Below are positions 36,624 to 51,600 of a stretch of DNA of 64,000 nt, in pieces. The position numbers and the translations under genes are program-made. The notes under the pieces are model-generated. The model worked only from the letters and a program-made list of their open reading frames with translations, was not told where the DNA came from and made no database searches. This DNA comes from Euprymna scolopes (taxonomy: Eukaryota), in the NCBI GenBank assembly GCA_053919585.1, contig CM132787.1; one strand, given 5' to 3'. Position 1 is the stretch's first letter. Each line of letters opens with the position of its first letter.

Positions 36624-39600
36624 TAAAGGATTTTTTTATGAAAGCTTTAATTAATTAAGTCTATGTAAAGGGTTTTTTGTGAAAGCTTTAATTAATTAGG
36701 TCTATGTAAACGATTTTTTTATGAAAGCTTTAATTAATTAGATCTATGTAAAGGATTTTTTTATGAAAGCTTAAATTAATTAAGTCTATGTTAAGGATTT
36801 TTTATGAAAGCTTTAATTAATTAGGTGTATGTAAAGGATTTTTTTATGAAAGCTTTAATTAATTAAGTCTATGTAAAGGATTTGTTTATGAAAGCTTTAA
36901 TTAATTAGGTCTATGTAAAGGATTTTTTTGTGAAAGCTTTAATTGATTAGGTCTATGTAAAGGATTTTTTTATGAAAGCTTTAATTAATTAGGTGTATGT
37001 AAAGGATTTTTTTATGAAAGCTTTAATTAATTAAGTCTATGTAAAGGATTTTTTTGTGAAAGCTTTAATTAATTAAGTCTATGTAAAGGATTTTTTTATG
37101 AAAGCTTTAATTAATTAAGTCTATGTAAAGGATTTTTTTATGAAAGCTTTAATTAATTAAGTCTATGTAAAGGATTTTTTTATGAAAGCTTTAATTAATT
37201 AGGTCTATGTAAAGGGTTTTTTGTGAAAGCTTTAATTAATTAAGTCTATGTAAAGGATTTTTTTATGAAAGCTTTAATTAATTAGGTCTATGTAAAGGGT
37301 TTTTTGTGAAAGCTTTAATTAATTAGGTCTGTGTAAAGGATTTTTTTATGAAAGCTTTAATTAATTAGGTCTATGTAAAGGGTTTTTTGTGAAAGCTTTA
37401 ATTAATTAGGTCTATGTAAAGGATTTTTTTATGAAAGCTTTAATTAATTAGGTCTATGTAAACGATTTTTTTATGAAAGCTTTAATTAATTAGATCTATG
37501 TAAAGGATTTTTTTATGAAAGCTTTAATTAATTAAGTCTATGTAAAGGGTTTTTTGTGAAAGCTTTAATTAATTAGGTCTATGTAAAGGATTTTTTTATG
37601 AAAGCTTTAATTAATTAGGTCTATGTAAACGATGTTTTTATGAAAGCTTTAATTAATTAGGTCTATGTAAAGGATTTTTTTATGAAAGCTTTAATTAATT
37701 AGGTCTATGTAAAGGATTTTTTTATGAAAGCTTTAATTAATTAGGTCTATGTAAAGGGTTTTTTGTGAAAGCTTTAATTAATTAGGTCTATGTAAAGGAT
37801 TTTTTTATGAAAGCTTTAATTAATTAGGTCTATGTAAACGATTTTTTTATGAAAGCTTTAATTAATTAGATCTATGTAAAGGATTTTTTTATGAAAGCTT
37901 AAATTAATTAGGTCTATGTAAAGGATTTTTTTATGAAAGCTTTAATTAATTAGGTCTATGTAAAGGATTTTTTTATGAAAGCTTTAATTAATTAGGTCTA
38001 TGTAAAGGATTTTTTTATGAAAGCTTTAATTAATTAGGTCTATGTAAAGGGTTTTTTGTGAAAGCTTTAATTAATTAGGTCTATGTAAAGGATTTTTTTA
38101 TGAAAGCTTTAATTAATTAGGTCTATGTAAAGGATTTTTTTATGAAAGCTTTAATTAATTAGGTCTATGTAAAGGATTTTTTTATGAAAGCTTTAATTAA
38201 TTAGGTCTATGTAAAGGGTTTTTTGTGAAAGCTTTAATTAATTAGGTCTATGTAAAGGATTTTTTTATGAAAGCTTTAATTAATTAGGTCTATGTAAAGG
38301 ATTTTTTGTGAAAGCTTTAATTAATTAGGTCTATGTAAAGGATTTTTTATGAAAGCTTTAATTAATTAGGTCTATGTAAAGGATTTTTTTATGAAAGCTT
38401 TAATTAATTAGGTCTATGTAAAGGATGTTTTTATGAAAGCTTTAATTAATTAGGTCTATGTAAAGGATTTTTTGTGAAAGCTTTAATTAATTAGGTCTAT
38501 GTAAAGGATTTGTTTATGAAAGCTTTAATTAATTAGGTCTATGTAAAGGATTTTTTTGTGAAAGCTTTAATTGATTAGGTCTATGTAAAGGATTTGTTTA
38601 TGAAAGCTTTAATTAATTAGGTCTATGTAAAGGATTTTTTGTGAAAGCTTCAATTGATTAGGTCTATGTAAAGGATTTTTTGTGAAAGCTTTAATTAATT
38701 AGGTCTATGTAAAGGATTTTTTGTGAAAGCTTTAATAAATTAGGTCTATGTAAAGGGTTTTTTGTGAAAGCTTTAATTAATTAGGTCTATGTAAAGGATT
38801 TTTTGTGAAAGCTTTAATTAATTAAGTCTATGTAAAGGATTTTTTATGAAAGCTTTAATAAATTAGGTCTATGTAAAGGATTTTTTATGAAAGCTTTAAT
38901 TAATTAGGTCTATGTAAAGGATTTTTTTATGAAAGCTTTAATTAATTAAGTCTATGTAAAGGATTTTTTTATGAAAGCTTTAATTAATTAAGTCTATGTA
39001 AAGGATTTTTTTATGAAAGCTTTAATAAATTAGGTCTATGTAAAGGATTTTTTGTGAAAGCTTTAATTAATTAGGTCTATGTAAAGGATTTTTTATGAAA
39101 GCTTTAATTAATTAGGTCTATGTAAAGGATTTTTTGTGAAAGCTTCAATTGATTAGGTCTATGTAAAGGATTTTTTGTGAAAGCTTTAATTAATTAGGTC
39201 TATGTAAAGGATTTTTTATGAAAGCTTCAATTGATTAGGTCTATGTAAAGGATTTTTTGTGAAAGCTTTAATTAATTAAGTCTATGTAAAGGATTTTTTT
39301 ATGAAAGCTTTAATTAATTAGGTCTATGTAAAGGATTTTTTATGAAAGCTTTAATTAATTAGGTCTATGTAAAGGATTTTTTGTGAAAGCTTTAATTAAT
39401 TAGGTCTATGTAAACGATTTTTTGTGAAAGCTTTAATTAATTAGGTCTATGTAAAGGATTTTTTATGAAAGCTTTAATTGATTAGGTCTATGTAAAGGAT
39501 TTTTTGTGAAAGCTTTAATTAATTAGGTCTATGTAAAGGATTTTTTTATGAAAGCTTTAATTAATTAAGTCTATGTAAAGGATTTTTTTATGAAAGCTTT

Positions 39601-42600
39601 AATTAATTAAGTCTATGTAAAGGATTTTTTTATGAAAGCTTTAATTAATTAAGTCTATGTAAAGGATTTTTTTATGAAAGCTTTAATTAATTAAGTCTAT
39701 GTAAAGGATTTTTTTATGAAAGCTTTAATTAATTAGGTCTATGTAAAGGATTTTTTTATGAAAGCTTTAATTAATTAGGTCTATGTAAAGGATTTTTTTA
39801 TGAAAGCTTTAATTAATTAAGTCTATGTAAAGGATTTTTTTATGAAAGCTTTAATTAATTAAGTCTATGTAAAGGATTTTTATGAAAGCTTTAATTAATT
39901 AAGTCTATGTAAAGGAATTTTTGTGAAAGCTTTAAAAAATTAGGTCTATGTAAAGGATTTTTTGTGAAAGCTTTAATTAATTAGGTCTATGTAAAGGATT
40001 TTTTATGAAAGCTTTAATTAATTAGGTCTATGTAAAGGATTTTTTGTGAAAGCTTTAATTAATTAGGTCTATGTAAAGGATTTTTTGTGAAAGCTTTAAT
40101 TGATTAGGTCTATGTAAAGGATTTTTTGTGAAAGCTTTAATTAATTAGGTCTATGTAAAGGATTTTTTGTGAAAGCTTTAATTAATTAGGTCTATGTAAA
40201 GGATTTTTTGTGAAAGCTTAAATAAATTAGGTCTGTGTAAAGGATTTTTTATGAAAGCTTTAATTAATTAGGTCTGTGTAAAGGATTTTTTATGAAAGCT
40301 TTAATTAATTAGGTCTGTGTAAAGGATTTTTTTATGAAAGCTTTAATTGATTAGGTCTATGTAAAGGATTTTTTTGTGAAAGCTTTAATTAATTAGGTCT
40401 ATGTAAAGGATTTTTTTATGAAAGCTTTAATTGATTAGGTCTATGTAAAGGGTTTTTTTGTGAAAGCTTTAATTAATTAGGTCTGTGTAAAGGATGTTTT
40501 TATGAAAGCTTTGATTGATTAGGTCTGTGTATAGGATTTTTTTATGAAAGCTTTAATTAATAAGGTCTGTGTAAAGGATTTTTTTATGAAAGCTTTAATT
40601 AATTAGGTCTATGTAAAGGATTTTTTTGTGAAAGCTTTAATTAATTAGGTCTATGTAAAGGATTTTTTTGTGAAAGCTTTAATTGATTAGGTCTATGTAA
40701 AGGATTTGTTTATGAAAGCTTTAATTAATTAGGTCTATGTAAAGGATTTTTTGTGAAAGCTTTAATTGATTAGGTCTATGTAAAGGGTTTTTTGTGAAAG
40801 CTTTAATTAATTAGGTCTATGTAAAGGATTTTTTGTGAAAGCTTTAATTAATTAGGTCTGTGTAAAGGGTTTTTTATGAAAGCTTTAATTGATTAGGTCT
40901 ATGTAAAGGGTTTTTTTGTGAAAGCTTTAATTAATTAGGTCTATGTAAAGGATTTTTTATGAAAGCTTTAATTAATTAGGTGTATGTAAAGGATTTTTTT
41001 ATGAAAGCTTTAATTAATTAGGTCTGTGTAAAGGATTTTTTATGAAAGCTTTAATTAATTAGGTCTGTGTAAAGGATTTTTTTATGAAAGGTTTAATTGA
41101 TTAGGTCTATGTAAAGGATTTTTTTGTGAAAGCTTTAATTAATTAGGTCTATGTAAAGGATTTTTTTATGAAAGCTTTAATTGATTAGGTCTATGTAAAG
41201 GGTTTTTTTGTGAAAGCTTTAATTAATTAAGTCTATGTAAACGATGTTTTTATGAAAGCTTTAATTAATTAGGTGTATGTAAAGGATTTTTTTATGAAAG
41301 CTTTAATTAATTAAGTCTATGTAAAGGATTTTTTTATGAAAGCTTTAATTAATTAAGTCTATGTAAAGGATTTTTTATGAAAGCTTTAATTAATTAGGTG
41401 TATGTAAAGGATTTTTTTATGAAAGCTTTAATTAATTAGGTCTGTGTAAAGGGTTTTTTGTGAAAGCTTTAATTAATTAGGTCTATGTAAAGGATTTTTT
41501 TATGAAAGCTTTAATTAATTAGGTCTATGTAAAGGATTTTTTTATGAAAGCTTTAATTAATTAAGTCTATGTAAAGGATTTTTTTATGAAAGCTTTAATT
41601 AATTAAGTCTATGTAAAGGATTTTTTTATGAAAGCTGTAATTAATTAAGTCTATGTAAAGGATTTTTTTATGAAAGCTTTAATTAATTAAGTCTATGTAA
41701 AGGATTTTTTTATGAAAGCTTTAATTAATTAAGTCTATGTAAAGGATTTTTTTATGAAAGCTTTAATTAATTAAGTCTATGTAAAGGATTTTTTTGTGAT
41801 AGTTTTAATTAATTAAGTCTATGTAAAGGATTTTTTTATGAAAGCTTTAATTAATTAAGTCTATGTAAAGGATTTTTTTATGAAAGCTTTAATTAATTAG
41901 GTCTATGTAAAGGATTTTTTTATGAAAGCTTTAATTAATTAGGTCTATGTAAAGGATTTTTTTATGAAAGCTTTAATTAATTAAGTCTATGTAAAGGATT
42001 TTTTTATGAAAGCTTTAATTAATTAAGTCTATGTAAAGGATTTTTATGAAAGCTTTAATTAATTAAGTCTATGTAAAGGATTTTTTGTGAAAGCTTTAAT
42101 AAATTAGGTCTATGTAAAGGATTTTTTGTGAAAGCTTTAATTAATTAGGTCTATGTAAAGGATTTTTTATGAAAGCTTTAATTAATTAGGTCTATGTAAA
42201 GGATTTTTTGTGAAAGCTTTAATTAATTAGGTCTATGTAAAGGATTTTTTGTGAAAGCTTTAATTGATTAGGTCTATGTAAAGGATTTTTTGTGAAAGCT
42301 TTAATTAATTAGGTCTATGTAAAGGATTTTTTGTGAAAGCTTTAATTAATTAGGTCTATGTAAAGGATTTTTTGTGAAAGCTTTAATAAATTAGGTCTAT
42401 GTAAAGGATGTTTTTATGAAAGCTTTAATTAATTAGGTCTGTGTAAAGGATTTTTTATGAAAGCTTTAATTAATTAGGTCTGTGTAAAGGATTTTTTTAT
42501 GAAAGCTTTAATTGATTAGGTCTATGTAAAGGATTTTTTTGTGAAAGCTTTAATTAATTAGGTCTATGTAAAGGATTTTTTTATGAAAGCTTTAATTGAT

Positions 42601-45600
42601 TAGGTCTATGTAAAGGGTTTTTTTGTGAAAGCTTTAATTAATTAGGTCTGTGTATAGGATTTTTTGTGAAAGCTTTAATTAATTAGGTCTGTGTAAAGGG
42701 TTTTTTGTGAAAGCTTTAATTAATTAGGTCTATGTAAAGGATTTTTTTATGAAAGCTTTAATTAATTAGGTCTATGTAAAGGATTTTTTTATGAAAGCTT
42801 TAATTAATTAGGTCTGTGTAAAGGATGTTTTTATGAAAGCTTTAATTGATTAGGTCTGTGTATAGGATTTTTTTATGAAAGCTTTAATTAATAAGGTCTG
42901 TGTAAAGGATTTTTTTATGAAAGCTTTAATTAATTAGGTCTATGTAAAGGATTTTTTTGTGAAAGCTTTAATTAATTAGGTCTATGTAAAGGATTTTTTT
43001 GTGAAAGCTTTAATTGATTAGGTCTATGTAAAGGATTTGTTTATGAAAGCTTTAATTAATTAGGTCTATGTAAAGGATTTTTTGTGAAAGCTTTAATTGA
43101 TTAGGTCTATGTAAAGGGTTTTTTGTGAAAGCTTGAATTAATTAGGTCTATGTAAAGGATTTTTTGTGAAAGCTTTAATTAATTAGGTCTGTGTAAAGGG
43201 TTTTTTATGAAAGCTTTAATTGATTAGGTCTATGTAAAGGGTTTTTTTGTGAAAGCTTTAATTAATTAGGTCTATGTAAAGGATTTTTTATGAAAGCTTT
43301 AATTAATTAGGTGTATGTAAAGGATTTTTTTATGAAAGCTTTAATTAATTAGGTCTGTGTAAAGGATTTTTTATGAAAGCTTTAATTAATTAGGTCTGTG
43401 TAAAGGATTTTTTTATGAAAGGTTTAATTGATTAGGTCTATGTAAAGGATTTTTTTGTGAAAGCTTTAATTAATTAGGTCTATGTAAAGGATTTTTTTAT
43501 GAAAGCTTTAATTGATTAGGTCTATGTAAAGGGTTTTTTTGTGAAAGCTTTAATTAATTAAGTCTATGTAAACGATGTTTTTATGAAAGCTTTAATTAAT
43601 TAGGTGTATGTAAAGGATTTTTTTATGAAAGCTTTAATTAATTAGGTCTATGTAAAGGATTTTTTTATGAAAGCTTTAATTAATTAAGTCTATGTAAAGG
43701 ATTTTTTATGAAAGCTTTAATTAATTAGGTGTATGTAAAGGATTTTTTTATGAAAGCTTTAATTAATTAGGTCTGTGTAAAGGGTTTTTTGTGAAAGCTT
43801 TAATTAATTAGGTCTATGTAAAGGATTTTTTTATGAAAGCTTTAATTAATTAGGTCTATGTAAAGGATTTTTTTATGAAAGCTTTAATTAATTAGGTCTG
43901 TGTAAAGGATGTTTTTATGAAAGCTTTAATTGATTAGGTCTGTGTATAGGATTTTTTTATGAAAGCTTTAATTAATAAGGTCTGTGTAAAGGATTTTTTT
44001 ATGAAAGCTTTAATTAATAAGGTCTATGTAAAGGATTTTTTTGTGAAAGCTTTAATTAATTAAGTCTATGTAAAGGATTTTTTTATGAAAGCTTTAATTA
44101 ATAAGGTCTGTGTATAGGATTTTTTTATGAAAGCTTTAATTAATAAGGTCTGTGTATAGGATTTTTTTATGAAAGCTTTAATTAATAAGGTCTGTGTAAA
44201 GGATTTTTTTATGAAAGCTTTAATTAATAAGGTCTGTGTAAAGGATTTTTTTATGAAAGCTTTAATTAATAAGGTCTGTGTATAGGATTTTTTTATGAAA
44301 GCTTTAATTAATAAGGTCTGTGTATAGGATTTTTTTATGAAAGCTTTAATTAATAAGGTCTGTGTATAGGATTTTTTTATGAAAGCTTTAATTAATAAGG
44401 TCTGTGTATAGGATTTTTTTATGAAAGCTTTAATTAATAAGGTCTGTGTATAGGATTTTTTTATGAAAGCTTTTATTAATAAGGTCTGTGTAAAGGATTT
44501 TTTTATGAAAGCTTTAATTAATTAAGTCTATGTAAAGGATTTTTTTATGAAAGCTTTAATTAATAAGGTCTGTGTATAGGATTTTTTTATGAAAGCTTTA
44601 ATTAATAAGGTCTGTGTAAAGGATTTTTTTATGAAAGCTTTAATTAATTAGGTCTATGTAAAGGATTTTTATGAAAGCTTTAATTGATTAGGTCTATGTA
44701 AAGGATTTTTTTATGAAAGCTTTAATTAATTAAGTCTATGTAAAGGATTTTTTTATGAAAGCTTTAATTAATTAAGTCTATGTAAAGGATTTTTTTATGA
44801 AAGCTTTAATTAATTAAGTCTATGTAAAGGATGTTTTTATGAAAGCTTTAATTAATTAAGTCTATGTAAAGGATTTTTTTATGAAAGCTTTAATTAATCA
44901 AGTCTATGTAAAGGATTTTTTTATGAAAGCTTTAATTAATTAAGTCTATGTAAAGGATTTTTTTGTGAAAGCTTTAATTAATTAAGTCTATGTAAAGGAT
45001 TTTTTTATGAAAGCTTTAATTAATTAAGTCTATGTAAAGGATTTTTTTATGAAAGCTTTAATTAATTAAGTCTATGTAAAGGATTTTTTTATGAAAGCTT
45101 TAATTAATTAAGTCTATGTAAAGGATTTTTTTATGAAAGCTTTAATTAATTAAGTCTATGTAAAGGATTTTTTTATGAAAGCTTTAATTAATTAAGTCTA
45201 TGTAAAGGATTTTTTTGTGAAAGCTTTAATTAATTAAGTCTATGTAAAGGATTTTTTTATGAAAGCTTTAATTAATTAAGTCTATGTAAAGGATTTTTTT
45301 ATGAAAGCTTTAATTAATTAAGTCTATGTAAAGGATTTTTTTGTGAAAGCTTTAATTAATTAAGTCTATGTAAAGGATTTTTTTATGAAAGCTTTAATTA
45401 ATTAAGTCTATGTAAAGGATTTTTTTATGAAAGCTTTAATTAATTAAGTCTATGTAAAGGATTTTTTTGTGAAAGCTTTAATTAATTAAGTCTATGTAAA
45501 GGATTTTTTTGTGAAAGCTTTAATTAATTAAGTCTATGTAAAGGATTTTTTTATGAAAGCTTTAATTAATTAAGTCTATGTAAAGGATTTTTTTATGAAA

Positions 45601-48600
45601 GCTTTAATTGATTAGGTCTATGTAAAGGATTTTTTTATGAAAGCTTTAATTAATTAAGTCTATGTAAAGGATGTTTTTATGAAAGCTTTAATTAATTAAG
45701 TCTATCTAAAGGATTTTTTTATGAAAGCTTTAATTAATTAAGTCTATGTAAAGGATTTTTTTATGAAAGCTTTAATTAATTAAGTCTATGTAAAGGATGT
45801 TTTTATGAAAGCTTTAATTAATTAAGTCTATGTAAAGGATTTTTTTATGAAAGCTTTAATTAATTAGGTCTGTGTAAAGGATTTTTTTGTGAAAGCTTTA
45901 ATTAATTAAGTCTATGTAAAGGATTTTTTTATGAAAGCTTTAATTAATTAGGTGTATGTAAAGGATTTTTTTATGAAAGCTTTAATTAATTAAGTCTATG
46001 TAAAGGATTTTTTTATGAAAGCTTTAATTAATTAAGTCTATGTAAAGGATTTTTTCATGAAAGCTTTAATTAATTAAGTCTATGTAAAGGATTTTTTTAT
46101 GAAAGCTTTAATTAATTAGGTCTGTGTAAAGGATTTTTTTATGAAAGCTTTAATTAATTAAGTCTATGTAAAGGATTTTTTTATGAAAGCTTTAATTAAT
46201 TAAGTCTATGTAAAGGATTTTTTTGTGAAAGCTTTAATTAATTAAGTCTATGTAAAGGATTTTTATGAAAGCTTTAATTAATTAAGTCTATGTAAAGGAT
46301 TTTTTATGAAGGCTTTAATTAATTAAGTCTATGTAAAGGATTTTTTTATGAAAGCTTTAATTAATTAAGTCTATGTAAAGGATTTTTTTATGAAAGCTTT
46401 AATTAATTAAGTCTATGTAAAGGATTTTTTTATGAAAGCTTTAATTGATTAGGTCTATGTAAAGGATTTTTTTATGAAAGCTTTAATTAATTAGGTCTGT
46501 GTAAAGGATTTTTTTGTGAAAGCTTTAATTAATTAAGTCTATGTAAAGGATTTTTTTATGAAAGCTTTAATTAATTAGGTGTATGTAAAGGATTTTTTAT
46601 GAAAGCATTAATTAATTAAGTCTATGTAAAGGATTTTTTTATGAAAGCTTTAATTAATTAAGTCTATGTAAAGGATTTTTTTATGAAAGCTTTAATTAAT
46701 TAAGTCTATGTAAAGGATTTTTTTATGAAAGCTTTAATTAATTAAGTCTATGTAAAGGATTCTTTTATGAAAGCTTTAATTAATTAAGTCTATGTAAAGG
46801 ATTTTTTTATGAAAGCTTTAATTAATTAAGTCTATGTAAAGGATTTTTATGAAAGCTTTAATTAATTAAGTCTATGTAAAGGATTTTTATGAAAGCTTTA
46901 ATTAATTAAGTCTATGTAAAGGATTTTTTTATGAAAGCTTTAATTAATTAAGTCTATGTAAAGGATTTTTTTATGAAAGCTTTAATATATTAAGTCTATG
47001 TAAAGGATTTTTATGAAAGCTTTAATTTATTAGGTCTATGTAAAGGATTTTTTTATGAAAGCTTTAATTAATTAAGTCTATGTAAAGGATTTTTTTATGA
47101 AAGCTTTAATAAATTAGGTCTATGTAAAGGATTTTTTTATGAAAGCTTTAATTAATTAAGTCTATGTAAAGGATTTTTTTATGAAAGCTTTAATTAATTA
47201 AGTCTATGTAAAGGATTTTTTTATGAAAGCTTTAATTAATTAAGTCTATGTAAAGGATTTTTTTATGAAAGCTTTAATTAATTAGGTCTATGTAAAGGAT
47301 TTTTTTATGAAAGCTTTAATTAATTAAGTCTATGTAAAGGATTTTTTATGAAAGCTTTAATTAATTAAGTCTATGTAAAGGATTTTTTTATGAAAGCTTT
47401 AATTAATTAAGTCTATGTAAAGGATTTTTATGAAAGCTTTAATTAATTAAGTCTATGTAAAGGATTTTTATGAAAGCTTTAATTAATTAAGTCTATGTAA
47501 AGGATTTTTTTATGAAAGCTTTAATTAATTAAGTCTATGTAAAGGATTTTTATGAAAGCTTTAATTAATTAAGTCTATGTAAAGGATTTTTTTATGAAAG
47601 CTTTAATTAATTAAGTCTATGTAAAGGATTTTTTTATGAAAGCTTTAATTAATTAGGTCTATGTAAAGGATTTTTATGAAAGCTTTAATTAATTAAGTCT
47701 ATGTAAAGGATTTTTATGAAAGCTTTAATTAATTAAGTCTATGTAAAGGATTTTTTTATGAAAGCTTTAATTAATTAAGTCTATGTAAAGGATTTTTTTA
47801 TGAAAGCTTTAATAAATTAAGTCTATGTAAAGGATTTTTATGAAAGCTTTAATTGATTAGGTCTATGTAAAGGATTTTTTTATGAAAGCTTTAATTAATT
47901 AAGTCTATGTAAAGGATTTTTTTATGAAAGCTTTAATTAATTAAGTCTATGTAAAGGATTTTATTATGAAAGCTTTAATTGATTAGGTCTATGTAAAGGA
48001 TTTTTTTATGAAAGCTTTAATTAATTAGGTCTATGTAAAGGATTTTTTTATGAAAGCTTTAATTAATTAAGTCTATGTAAAGGATTTTTTTGTGAAAGCT
48101 TTAATTAATTAAGTCTATGTAAAGGATTTTTTTATGAAAGCTTTAATTAATTAAGTCTATGTAAAGGATGTTTTTATGAAAGCTTTAATTAATTAAGTCT
48201 ATCTAAAGGATTTTTTTATGAAAGCTTTAATTAATTAAGTCTATGTAAAGGATTTTTTTATGAAAGCTTTAATTAATTAAGTCTATGTAAAGGATGTTTT
48301 TATGAAAGCTTTAATTAATTAAGTCTATGTAAAGGATTTTTTTATGAAAGCTTTAATTAATTAGGTCTGTGTAAAGGATTTTTTTGTGAAAGCTTTAATT
48401 AATTAAGTCTATGTAAAGGATTTTTTTATGAAAGCTTTAATTAATTAGGTGTATGTAAAGGATTTTTTTATGAAAGCTTTAATTAATTAAGTCTATGTAC
48501 AGGATTTTTTTATGAAAGCTTTAATTAATTAAGTCTATGTAAAGGATTTTTTTATGAAAGCTTTAATTAATTAAGTCTATGTAAAGGATTTTTTTATGAA

Positions 48601-51600
48601 AGCTTTAATTAATTAGGTCTGTGTAAAGGATTTTTTTATGAAAGCTTTAATTAATTAAGTCTATGTAAAGGATTTTTTTATGAAAGCTTTAATTAATTAA
48701 GTCTATGTAAAGGATTTTTTTGTGAAAGCTTTAATTAATTAAGTCTATGTAAAGGATTTTTATGAAAGCTTTAATTAATTAAGTCTATGTAAAGGATTTT
48801 TTTATGAAAGCTTTAATTAATTAAGTCTATGTAAAGGATTTTTTTATGAAAGCTTTAATTAATTAAGTCTATGTAAAGGATTTTTTTATGAAAGCTTTAA
48901 TTAATTAAGTCTATGTAAAGGATTTTTTTATGAAAGCTTTAATTAATAAGGTCTGTGTATAGGATTTTTTTATGAAAGCTTTAATTAATAAGGTCTGTGT
49001 AAAGCATTTTTATGAAAGCTTTAATTAATTAGGTCTATGTAAAGGATTTTTATGAAAGCTTTAATTGATTAGGTCTATGTAAAGGATTTTTTTATGAAAG
49101 CTTTAATTAATTAAGTCTATGTAAAGGATTTTTATGAAAGCTTTAATTAATTAAGTCTATGTAAAGGATTTTTTTATGAAAGCTTTAATTAATTAAGTCT
49201 ATGTAAAGGATTTTTATGAAAGCTTTAATTGATTAGGTCTATGTAAAGGATTTTTTTGTGAAAGCTTTAATTAATTAAGTCTATGTAAAGGATTTTTATG
49301 AAAGCTTTAATTAATTAAGTCTATGTAAAGGATTTTTTTATGAAAGCTTTAATTAATTAAGTCTATGTAAAGGATTTTTTTATGAAAGCTTTAATTAATT
49401 AAGTCTATGTAAAGGATTTTTTTATGAAAGCTTTAATTAATTAAGTCTATGTAAAGGATTTTTTTATGAAAGCTTTAATTAATTAAGTCTATGTAAAGGA
49501 TTTTTTTATGAAAGCTTTAATTAATTAAGTCTATGTAAAGGATTTTTTATGAAAGCTTTAATTAATTAAGTCTATGTAAAGGATTTTTTTGTGAAAGCTT
49601 TAATTAATTAAGTCTATGTAAAGGATTTTTATGAAAGCTTTAATTGATTAAGTCTATGTAAAGGATTTTTATGAAAGCTTTAATTGATTAGGTCTATGTA
49701 AAGGATTTTTTTATGAAAGCTTTAATTAATTAAGTCTATGTAAAGGATTTTTTTGTGAAAGCTTTAATTAATTAAGTCTATGTAAAGGATTTTTTTATGA
49801 AAGCTTTAATTAATTAAGTCTATGTAAAGGATTTTTTTATGAAAGCTTTAATTGATTAGGTCTATGTAAAGGATTTTTTTATGAAAGCTTTAATTAATTA
49901 AGTCTATGTAAAGGATTTTTTTGTGAAAGCTTTAATTAATTAAGTCTATGTAAAGGATTTTTTTATGAAAGCTTTAATTAATTAAGTCTATGTAAAGGAT
50001 TTTTTTATGAAAGCTTTAATTAATTAAGTCTATGTAAAGGATTTTTTTGTGAAAGCTTTAATTAATTAAGTCTATGTAAAGGATTTTTTTATGAAAGCTT
50101 TAATTAATTAAGTCTATGTAAAGGATTTTTTTATGAAAGCTTTAATTAATTAAGTCTATGTAAAGGATTTTTTTGTGAAAGCTTTAATTAATTAAGTCTA
50201 TGTAAAGGATTTTTTTGTGAAAGCTTTAATTAATTAAGTCTATGTAAAGGATTTTTTTATGAAAGCTTTAATTAATTAAGTCTATGTAAAGGATTTTTTA
50301 ATGAAAGCTTTAATTGATTAGGTCTATGTAAAGGATTTTTTTATGAAAGCTTTAATTAATTAAGTCTATGTAAAGGATGTTTTTATGAAAGCTTTAATTA
50401 ATTAAGTCTATCTAAAGGATTTTTTTATGAAAGCTTTAATTAATTAAGTCTATGTAAAGGATTTTTTTATGAAAGCTTTAATTAATTAAGTCTATGTAAA
50501 GGATGTTTTTATGAAAGCTTTAATTAATTAAGTATATGTAAAGGATTTTTTTATGAAAGCTTTAATTAATTAGGTCTATGTAAAGGATTTTTTTATGAAA
50601 GCTTTAATTAATTAAGTCTATGTAAAGGATTTTTTTATGAAAGCTTTAATTAATTAGGTGTATGTAAAGGATTTTTTTATGAAAGCTTTAATTAATTAAG
50701 TCTATGTAAAGGATTTTTTTATGAAAGCTTTAATTAATTAAGTCTATGTAAAGGATTGTTATGAAAGCTTTAATTAATTAAGTCTATGTAAAGGATTTTT
50801 TTATGAAAGCTTTAATTAATTAAGTCTATGTAAAGGATTTTTTTATGAAAGCTTTAATTAATTAAGTCTATGTAAAGGATTTTTTTATGAAAGCTTTAAT
50901 TAATTAAGTCTATGTAAAGGATTTTTTTATGAAAGCTTTAATTAATAAGGTCTGTGTATAGGATTTTTTTATGAAAGCTTTAATTAATAAGGTCTGTGTA
51001 AAGGATTTTTTTATGAAAGCTTTAATTAATTAGGTCTATGTAAAGGATGTTTATGAAAGCTTTAATTGATTAGGTCTATGTAAAGGATTTTTTTATGAAA
51101 GCTTTAATTAATTAAGTCTATGTAAAGGATTTTTTTATGAAAGCTTTAATTAATTAAGTCTATGTAAAGGATTTTTTTATGAAAGCTTTAATTAATTAGG
51201 TGTATGTAAAGGATTTTTTTATGAAAGCTTTAATTAATTAAGTCTATGTAAAGGATTTTTTTATGAAAGCTTTAATTAATTAAGTCTATGTAAAGGATTT
51301 TTTTATGAAAGCTTTAATTAATTAAGTCTATGTAAAGGATGTTTTTATGAAAGCTTTAATTAATTAAGTCTATGTAAAGGATTTTTTTATGAAAGCTTTA
51401 ATTAATTAAGTCTATGTAAAGGATTTTTTTATGAAAGCTTTAATTAATTAAGTCTATGTAAAGGATTTTTTTATGAAAGCTTTAATTAATTAAGTCTATG
51501 TAAAGGATTTTTTTGTGAAAGCTTTAATTAATTAAGTCTATGTAAAGGATTTTTTTATGAAAGCTTTAATTAATTAAGTCTATGTAAAGGATTTTTTATG

